Source of the DNA: a virus
Lineage: Duplodnaviria; Caudoviricetes
DNA length: 41,761 bases
Strand: one strand, 5' to 3'
Virus record (IMG/VR): IMGVR_UViG_3300049193_000008
Coordinates: 1-41,761 of that record
The first letter of the stretch is position 1; the number at the start of each line of letters is the position of its first letter. The notes under the pieces were generated by a model. It had not been told where the DNA came from. It searched no databases and saw only the letters and a program-made list of their open reading frames with translations. The position numbers and the translations under genes are program-made. Shown here in pieces: positions 35,374-41,761 of the stretch.

Positions 35374-35765
35374 TCAGCCGGTGGGTTTTCGTTTTTCTGC
35401 TCCGGATCCCAGCGACCTGAACCACCCAGGCGCACCCCGGCCCACATCAGCCACCGTCGCCAGCCCGGTACGCCTGTGGCTTGGCTCGCTTCCCGCAACA
35501 CTGCGTCAGCCATCTTGCGCGACACCTGGTGCGACGAATAAAGCCAGTCGTGCACCACGGCTGCCGCCGCCGAGGTATTCCCGGTCAGGAGGTAGACCAG
35601 CGGCAAGCGCGGAACGCTGGCCAGGTCTGTTTCGAAGCCGGCCGGCACCACAAACGTGCAGCCCGCAACGTCAGACTGGTAGATCAGGGCCGCCACCAGT
35701 ACCCAGCGGCCGTCATCCTGGTCTGTTGCTTGCTGCAGGCAGCATTTCGTCAGGAAGCCGCTCAT
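35367..35765 (-). CDS. DUF1353 family protein
   Basis: VPAGFETDLASVPR, AAVVHDWLY, ADAVLREA and GVRLGG motifs; ATG 35765 overlaps the upstream stop. Confidence 0.85.
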   Translation of the reverse strand: MSGFLTKCCLQQATDQDDGRWVLVAALIYQSDVAGCTFVVPAGFETDLASVPRLPLVYLLTGNTSAAAAVVHDWLYSSHQVSRKMADAVLREASQATGVPGWRRWLMWAGVRLGGSGRWDPEQKNENPPAEY

Positions 35766-36037
35766 CGCTGCCACTCCGCGCCGCTCAGCAGCTCCGCCGG
35801 GATGGCGCCGGACTGGGGCAGGCACAGCGCCCTGATGGCCGGGATGATTTGTGGGTTGCGCAGGATCGCGCTATACGGCAGTGCGCAGCCAGTCACGGAC
35901 CAGGCCTGAATGGCGGTGTCGTTCGCGGCGCGCGCGTTGTCCACCATCACGGTGCCATAGGCGTTGACGGCGGAATTCAGGCTGGCGCAGCCGGTGAGCG
36001 CCAGCAGCACGCATGCGGCCAGGATTAGGCGTTTCAT
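35762..36037 (-). CDS. Lipoprotein in lysis cassette
   Basis: MKRLILAACVLLALTG-C lipobox; follows the endolysin. Confidence 0.75.
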   Translation of the reverse strand: MKRLILAACVLLALTGCASLNSAVNAYGTVMVDNARAANDTAIQAWSVTGCALPYSAILRNPQIIPAIRALCLPQSGAIPAELLSGAEWQR

Positions 36038-36039
36038 GG

Positions 36040-36504
36040 TCAGTTCTCCAGGGTGTCGAAGCGGCCCAGGTTGCGGGCACGCATGGTGGCGATGAGCTTT
36101 TCAGCGTATTTCGGATCGGTGGCGTAGCCGGCAGCGGCGACGGCGCGCGCCCAGCCTTCGCCCGTCTTTTCTGCCCAGCACTTGGCATAGCGTTTGTTCC
36201 GCCGGAAAAAGGCGGCATGGTCATCCAGACATTGCTGCCAGTTGGCATAGGCGCGCCATTTCGCCATTACGAGGATGCGCTTGCCTTTCGCATATTCGTA
36301 CGTCTTCATGAGGACCACCGGCCCATTCCAGCTGGGATCGGCCTTGACGCCGAACAGGTTGCATCCTTCGGCACTCAGTTTGGACGCCCCCCACCCGGAT
36401 TCCAGAGCGGCCTGGGCCAGCGTGAAACTGGACGGAATGCCATTTACGCGCTGGCACTCGCGGGCCGGCGCGTAAAGCATATCGAGGAATACGTCCGGTT
36501 TCAT
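36040..36504 (-). CDS. Endolysin, glucosaminidase/FlgJ (GH73) family
   Basis: LAQAALESGWG, NLFGVKA and AGYATDPKYA motifs. Confidence 0.92.
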   Translation of the reverse strand: MKPDVFLDMLYAPARECQRVNGIPSSFTLAQAALESGWGASKLSAEGCNLFGVKADPSWNGPVVLMKTYEYAKGKRILVMAKWRAYANWQQCLDDHAAFFRRNKRYAKCWAEKTGEGWARAVAAAGYATDPKYAEKLIATMRARNLGRFDTLEN

Positions 36505-36668
36505 TTATGCCACCCTTGGCTTAAGAGAGCGAGATATAACGCGCCAACGAGTGCCGCAGCCAACAATCCTTTTAAAGTCCATTTGCCAAATTCGGCAAAA
36601 GAGTAATCTAACCATTCTTTGATTGCTTCCTTGACAGCTTGTTTTTGTATTTCTTTATCGATTGGCAT
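36501..36668 (-). CDS. Putative holin
   Basis: 55 aa (MPIDKEIQKQAVKEAIKEWLDYSFAEFGKWTLKGLLAAALVGALYLALLSQGWHK) with one TM helix and AAGGA RBS; ATGA overlap with the endolysin. Below the ORF-track cutoff. Confidence 0.65.
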   Translation of the reverse strand: MPIDKEIQKQAVKEAIKEWLDYSFAEFGKWTLKGLLAAALVGALYLALLSQGWHK

Positions 36669-36724
36669 GATATTTCCTTATTTATGTGGAATTGGAAATA
36701 AATAATTTATAATCTTCTTTCAAT

Positions 36725-38425
36725 TCAGCCGTCAATTGAGTAAGAAAAATTAAGTACGAGTGTGCCCGCAGCAGAATACGGGACATTTGCCGGTGCGCCC
36801 CCGCCAACTGGGTATTGGCTAATGGTAATGTAGTTTGATGCGATATCCACGTATGCAGTTGCAACATAACCAGCAGTCAGTGGGACATTGATTTGCCCGA
36901 TAGTAACCGGAACATTTAACTCGGAGTTGCAGGAGTACGGAAGATTCCCGACGCGTAGAATTCCAGCGCCGGTCCCTCCAGTCCAAACCACTTCCACTTC
37001 ACACTGCACCAAACGGCCAAGCTTTGTAATGCGGCCTGCCTGTTTCGAATAAGTAGCTGTTCCTGCTGTTGGAGAGCCGGCTACAACTGGAAGGAAAGAA
37101 GTGGCCGCGTTAATTTCGCGGTAGTCGTCGAACGCATATCTGTCGTCGATTGGGTTTTGCACGGCCGGAAATTTCACAAACCCACGCAACAGGTCAATAG
37201 ACTGGATTGTGCTGATTGATGAACCAAACCAATTACAGAATGTCCCGCTAATAGTGAATAGTTGATTTTGGTCCGGGTGATATACGCTACACGCGTAGCC
37301 AGCGATCCGACCGGTTCCGGCGGTGTTGCCTTCATTAAAATCGCCGCCAATGATTGTATGGTATCTGGACTCAGCTGCTCCACCATTAACAGTACTGGAA
37401 ATGTCCAGGCCCCACCCACCATTTACTTCAGTGAGACAGTTTTCAACAGTCACCCAAAAGCAGTGCCCCAGCTTAATACCGTCACTGGCATTGCCAGTTG
37501 CGAAACATTTACGAAGAACACCCGCGTTAGCGTCTGGTCCCTCCGCCGTAGTGGAATGGTGAACATAAAACCCGCGACCGCCATTGTTTTGTGAAAATAC
37601 CTCCTCAACAAGAAACGAGTTGCTATTCCCGCTGCTAGTTGATTTGCTTCCAATGCGAACGCCATCACCATCATTGCCAATACTGAATGATTTTATTAGT
37701 TTCGAAGAGTTCCCCAAGAGTTGAAATCCATCACCGCCATTACCCGCCTCAGCAACAATACCGCCCCCTTGAAATTCGCTATTCGCCCCAAGTACCACAG
37801 CAGTACCGTTCAGTGAGGCCGATTTCAAGAAGTACGAGTCAGGTGTCCCTGCGACGCTAGTCCCGCCTTGGAACCGTATTTTCTTGCCATCGGGGACAGT
37901 GAGAGTGGAGGTAAGTGTAATAACTACTCCGCGTGGAATTAAAACTTCGGTCGCACTGGATGTCAGGGCCGCTACCAACGCAGCCTGATTACTTCCGAAG
38001 TCACTGACACTGACCGACTCACGCAACTTGTCGCGAATATACCGATATATGGCGCCCGCACCGGATTGAATCCATCCAACCAACGCAGCCCCCGCACTGG
38101 ATAGCAGCGACGTCACAAATGTTGACAGAATTCCGTCCGCATAAGAGTTGGTCGAAACGAAATTATCCAATGGAAAACCAGTGATGCTTATTCCATAGGC
38201 GCTTTTGACATCGACCTTATACGCGCCGTTCCAATAAATAGTTGCCTCTCCTTTTGCATCCAGTTGGATTGGATTTGTATGGGGAACCAGCCCAGCGGAA
38301 TCGGTATATGCGGCTTTCGGGGTACTCGTTCCAGCGGCATACGTATAGACGAGACCAAAGGCCAGCGTCCGGCCATTTGAATCAAAATATTTGTTCCGGC
38401 CATTCGGCATCAGTGCAGTACTCAT
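36725..38425 (-). CDS. Tailspike / receptor-binding protein with beta-helix
   Basis: Head-binding N-terminus (YFDSNG..LA.G.VYTYAAGTSTP...NPI.LD..G), SVSDFG linker, repeated NGG.G/DG beta-helix rungs, low GC. Confidence 0.85.
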   Translation of the reverse strand: MSTALMPNGRNKYFDSNGRTLAFGLVYTYAAGTSTPKAAYTDSAGLVPHTNPIQLDAKGEATIYWNGAYKVDVKSAYGISITGFPLDNFVSTNSYADGILSTFVTSLLSSAGAALVGWIQSGAGAIYRYIRDKLRESVSVSDFGSNQAALVAALTSSATEVLIPRGVVITLTSTLTVPDGKKIRFQGGTSVAGTPDSYFLKSASLNGTAVVLGANSEFQGGGIVAEAGNGGDGFQLLGNSSKLIKSFSIGNDGDGVRIGSKSTSSGNSNSFLVEEVFSQNNGGRGFYVHHSTTAEGPDANAGVLRKCFATGNASDGIKLGHCFWVTVENCLTEVNGGWGLDISSTVNGGAAESRYHTIIGGDFNEGNTAGTGRIAGYACSVYHPDQNQLFTISGTFCNWFGSSISTIQSIDLLRGFVKFPAVQNPIDDRYAFDDYREINAATSFLPVVAGSPTAGTATYSKQAGRITKLGRLVQCEVEVVWTGGTGAGILRVGNLPYSCNSELNVPVTIGQINVPLTAGYVATAYVDIASNYITISQYPVGGGAPANVPYSAAGTLVLNFSYSIDG

Positions 38426-38432
38426 GATGCCC

Positions 38433-38765
38433 TCACGCGTTGGTGATGTCGGTGGCGGTATAGCTGAACGAAACGTCCAAACCTAAACCCTGCACAAACC
38501 CAGCAGCATTCATGCCCTTATTAACCAGTTCAGGGCAGGTATAGGTTTCTTCTACTGCAAGCGTGCGGTGAATAACCCGGTTCGTATCGCTCGCCGTTCC
38601 GCCTGACGGAATACAGTGAATTTCGCACACAACTGGCGCGACAGTTCCGTTATAAAGGACCGCGCTACGAATAATCCGCTTAGTATTCGCTGGGACAGCA
38701 GTTCCCATGTTGGAAGCGCTACCCGTCATTAATGATGGGTCCATAATGTAAAGCGACGTTGTCAT
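38433..38765 (-). CDS. Small tail-associated protein
   Basis: 110 aa beta-rich ORF (ETYTCPELV) between tail genes. Confidence 0.6.
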   Translation of the reverse strand: MTTSLYIMDPSLMTGSASNMGTAVPANTKRIIRSAVLYNGTVAPVVCEIHCIPSGGTASDTNRVIHRTLAVEETYTCPELVNKGMNAAGFVQGLGLDVSFSYTATDITNA

Positions 38766-38780
38766 TTTTAACTCTCAAAT

Positions 38781-38806
38781 AAAAAAAGCCACCTAAAAGG
38801 TGGCTT
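38781..38806 (-). terminator. Rho-independent terminator
   Basis: AAGCCACCT-3 nt-AGGTGGCTT stem plus a T run on the minus strand. Confidence 0.75.
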
Positions 38807-38825
38807 ATGTGATTCAGTAACGCTT

Positions 38826-40016
38826 CTATGCGCTGGAACTGTCGGTTATTAGTCCATATGTGGCTAATTGAGTGAGTAAACTCGCGAGGGCCGCATTGCC
38901 CCCTCGCGATCCAGTGACGGTAAGTTTTGTTGACATGGCCGCACTGAAATATCCGATTCTCGTTCCCCTATGGGCAAGATCAGCGGCAGCGACAAGAGAC
39001 CCGGCATTTACGGAACCTTCCGTCGTCGTTCCAACCAATAGAACCCCGTTCGTTGTAATTCGGGCTGCTTCCGAGTTACCGACCTTGAAACCTAGCGGGC
39101 GGGCGCCGCTACCCGACGATCCAAGATATTGAATATTGTTTGTTTCATCATGCTCGATATAAACCTGGTAATTCCCATTAGTTCCTTCGAACACCGAGGA
39201 AACGCCAGAGGACCCGCGCCGCACATGTAAACGGAATGATGCCGTCAACCCTGCGCCGAGATTGCCAGTCGTGTTGGCCGTCGTGAATGTAGCGCTGCCG
39301 GGCGTTACTCCGCCGATAGTCCCTGGCGCGGTCCAGTCGGTTCCATCCAGCATGTCGGCGTTCAGGTTGCTGACTTTTGTCGTGCTCGCCACAACAAAGG
39401 GAGCCGTACCGATGCTCACCGTCGACGTGATCTGGTCGCTTGCGCTGAGCGACGTAAACGCCCCTGAATTTGCAGTTTTTGCACCGATACTTCCCGGGTG
39501 CTCCCAGTCGGTGGTCGGTGGCGCAAACGCTGCCTGAATCTCCAACGCCATTACAGTCTTCCGCAATTCGATTTCTACCTGCGGCAGCTCTTCCAAGGAA
39601 ATCAGTCTTGCCAAGTCTTCAACGCGATTCAGGAGTTCAGCTGCCATCGCAACCTGATCACCTGCAATTGCCAGCTTCAGTTCCGATTCAGCCAGGCGCT
39701 TCTCAAGTTCAGCCACGCGCGCTGACAAATCTGGCTGATCGAACTGCGGAGGAGGTTCCACTTGTACGGGTGGAAGCTGAAAAGCATCCTGAACACCAAC
39801 TGTATGACCCGCAGAGTCCCCGGCGGCAGATAACTGGCCGAATGCTGCGAGGATCTCAAAGTCTGTGATGCTCGTGCCATTCGCACCACCTACACGCTCA
39901 AACATCGCAGCCATAGCGCGCCAGTATTCCGCTGTTGCAGTCACTGCCACTTCCGTCCCATCAGGAAGCACAGCACGACCAATTGGAATCCTGGCCGGAA
40001 AGAAATTCAGGCTCAT
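38826..40016 (-). CDS. Tail needle/fibre-like protein
   Basis: Follows the gp10-like gene; coiled coil, then DW..PG.IG..T..S..FT repeats and a beta-rich C-terminus. Confidence 0.6.
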   Translation of the reverse strand: MSLNFFPARIPIGRAVLPDGTEVAVTATAEYWRAMAAMFERVGGANGTSITDFEILAAFGQLSAAGDSAGHTVGVQDAFQLPPVQVEPPPQFDQPDLSARVAELEKRLAESELKLAIAGDQVAMAAELLNRVEDLARLISLEELPQVEIELRKTVMALEIQAAFAPPTTDWEHPGSIGAKTANSGAFTSLSASDQITSTVSIGTAPFVVASTTKVSNLNADMLDGTDWTAPGTIGGVTPGSATFTTANTTGNLGAGLTASFRLHVRRGSSGVSSVFEGTNGNYQVYIEHDETNNIQYLGSSGSGARPLGFKVGNSEAARITTNGVLLVGTTTEGSVNAGSLVAAADLAHRGTRIGYFSAAMSTKLTVTGSRGGNAALASLLTQLATYGLITDSSSA

Positions 40017-41440
40017 CGCAGCAGTACCTTCGCGTCGATGGCAGCGCCCAGCACGACGCGCTTAACCGGGTCGGAAATTGAAATTTCAAATACCCAGTCG
40101 CGAGCCTTACCCAGTCTGGTTAGACGCGCCCGCCGCGCATAGCGCCCGATCTCGCCCATCGACATGGTGCGCAGCGGCGACCAGGTGTGGCCACCGTCTT
40201 TCGACCAGCGCATCATCATCAGCGGGTCGCTACCCTGTCCGCTCTCCAGCCCCACGCCGGCTTCGATGTCGACCTGGATAGAATCGATCCGGATGTTCTT
40301 ATAATCTTGGTCCGTCACATGCGCGCAGGACCGCAGCGAGACCAGCGGGTCTCCGTTGTCGCTGTAATAATTCGGGTCGAGTGCGTACAAGTTCCCGTTT
40401 TCCCAATCTCCCACAATGTGCAGGCCGGCCCAATGCATATGGCAGCAAGCGCGGTGCCGTTCGAAATTGCCGGTTGCGGGGTTCAGGTACTGGCGCTCGT
40501 GCCACAGTTGCATTGCGGCGTCATAAACCCAGGTGTTGTTCCCGGTTGGGAAATTCAGCGCATAGAAAGTACGGCCATCCTGTTGGTATGCATATGCCAC
40601 GGCGTCACTGATGTCGGTATATTCCTGGATCGCTTTTTCCATGCCTTCGCTCGACACACGGCGCGGCGTGTAACCCTCCAACCGCCACACGATGCCGTGG
40701 CCATTTTGGTCGGCTCCCAGCCAGTACACCGTGTTATCCAACGCGGCGACCGAATAGGCAGCGGCACATCCCTGTTCGATAGACGCATTGCCATCCCGGC
40801 TGTAAGGGAAGTCCGGCGCGCCAACATCGCGCCAAACCTCGGTGACCGTGCGTTTAAACAGCACCAGCTCTTCGTGGTTGATGATTGGGGAAATGATCGG
40901 TTCAGCATTGCTTTCAGCACTCGCGAAGTCCAATGGATCGAACGCGATTTCACCTGCCAGTGTGGTGTAAAACTGGTTTGTCCCCGGGCGATTGAAGACG
41001 AAGCGCCCCTTGTTATAGCGGACATGGGTTGCGCCAAGAAATGCCGGGTCGGTAATCTGCGTCAACTCGTTGGTGGCAAGGTTCAGTGTCCAGCCGGCCG
41101 GGCCGGTTACGAGGATCGCGGTGGTTCCGTTGTCGGCGATCGACACTGGGGTATTCAGCGAATCAATGGTGCCGACCAGGGTCAGCGTGATGGCGGCATC
41201 GAGCCGGTACACGTTATAGCCGCACACCACGATCGCGTCACCGACCGTCGGCGGATACTCGGCGCGGATGCCACCCCCTTCGGCCGTCTCCAGAAAGCGC
41301 AGACCAGGCGTGCCAAACAGTGCAAGCTTGGCTTTTGCCGTGCCCGACTCGCCGAGCGCGACATAAAAGTTGACGCAGCGCTGCGCGTCCAGGTTCAACG
41401 ACCGGGACAGGTAGGCACCACCGACGAATGGAATTTGCAT
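40013..41440 (-). CDS. Tail hub / DNA stabilization protein (P22 gp10-like)
   Basis: 475 aa; RCVNFY...LFGTPGL, FASAES, TWVYDA....WHER and WSKDGGHTW motifs. Confidence 0.85.
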   Translation of the reverse strand: MQIPFVGGAYLSRSLNLDAQRCVNFYVALGESGTAKAKLALFGTPGLRFLETAEGGGIRAEYPPTVGDAIVVCGYNVYRLDAAITLTLVGTIDSLNTPVSIADNGTTAILVTGPAGWTLNLATNELTQITDPAFLGATHVRYNKGRFVFNRPGTNQFYTTLAGEIAFDPLDFASAESNAEPIISPIINHEELVLFKRTVTEVWRDVGAPDFPYSRDGNASIEQGCAAAYSVAALDNTVYWLGADQNGHGIVWRLEGYTPRRVSSEGMEKAIQEYTDISDAVAYAYQQDGRTFYALNFPTGNNTWVYDAAMQLWHERQYLNPATGNFERHRACCHMHWAGLHIVGDWENGNLYALDPNYYSDNGDPLVSLRSCAHVTDQDYKNIRIDSIQVDIEAGVGLESGQGSDPLMMMRWSKDGGHTWSPLRTMSMGEIGRYARRARLTRLGKARDWVFEISISDPVKRVVLGAAIDAKVLLR

Positions 41441-41492
41441 GGGCGTATAATCGAAAATCCCTCCGCGAGGGAGGGATATGGAGGGGACTCAA

Positions 41493-41687
41493 ATGCTCTT
41501 GTTCTGGTCGATTTTTCTGAAACCGTTCATCGCGGTGTTCTTCTTTCTGATCGTGGCGATGATTACCCGCTTCCTCTATCGCGTTATCCCGAACGGCCGG
41601 ATCAAGCGGATCCTGTTTTCACCGCTCCCGGGACACCGAAATCGCCGCTGGCCCGACCCGTACCCCGTTCATGAGAAGGTCGAGTAA
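41493..41687 (+). CDS. Small membrane protein antisense to the virion operon (superinfection-exclusion candidate)
   Basis: TATAAT at 41446, GGAGG RBS, hydrophobic N-terminal helix followed by a basic tail. Confidence 0.55.
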   Translation: MLLFWSIFLKPFIAVFFFLIVAMITRFLYRVIPNGRIKRILFSPLPGHRNRRWPDPYPVHEKVE

Positions 41688-41761
41688 CGGGTTCGGCGCC
41701 GCCGGCACCGGCCGGGCCGCAGCAGCCAGGCGGCCAGCCAGTGCCGGATCCAGCACTGCAT
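41619..41761 (-). CDS. Probable C-terminus of the ejection protein truncated at base 1
   Basis: Open frame ...AVLDPALAGRLAAAARPVPAAPNPLLDLLMNGVRVGPAAISVSRER* with stop at 41619-41621. Confidence 0.55.
   Translation of the reverse strand, partial: AVLDPALAGRLAAAARPVPAAPNPLLDLLMNGVRVGPAAISVSRER

Larger units (their letters stand above)
1..41761. mobile_element. Near-complete temperate lambdoid phage genome with P22-like virion module, circularly permuted
   Basis: Full module set (terminase, portal, capsid, tail, lysis, attP/int/xis, cI/cro/cII, replication, recombination). No host genes. attP is internal and a minus-strand gene runs off both ends. Confidence 0.95.

Noticed and set aside
36725-40016. 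Tailspike or tail fibre as a DGR target
   Set aside because: No TR-like sequence, IMH or hairpin tag was seen at either 3' end by eye.

Overview
The window is an almost complete, circularly permuted genome of a temperate lambdoid phage with P22-like (podovirus) virion genes. It is GC-rich, and a betaproteobacterial host is only a guess. An intact attP (3' half of tRNA-Pro) lies internally between integrase and the lysis genes, and one ejection-protein gene appears split across the two window ends, so this is the excised or virion form. The minus strand carries cro/cII, replication, a Q-like regulator, a Tad2-like gene, terminase, portal, scaffold, capsid, a methyltransferase-GT9 fusion, ejection proteins, tail, tailspike and lysis genes. 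The plus strand carries cI, moron-like genes and the PL early operon ending in xis/int. The main discovery is a diversity-generating retroelement (DGR) inside the repressor-controlled early operon. One template repeat (30254-30368) matches the 3' ends of three dispersed paralogous CLec/FGE-like genes, with almost exclusively adenine substitutions. None of these genes is a tail protein. The accessory protein is a MutS-domain-I/Avd fusion, and the TR lies within the RT reading frame. All family calls come from motif recognition by eye; no searches were run.
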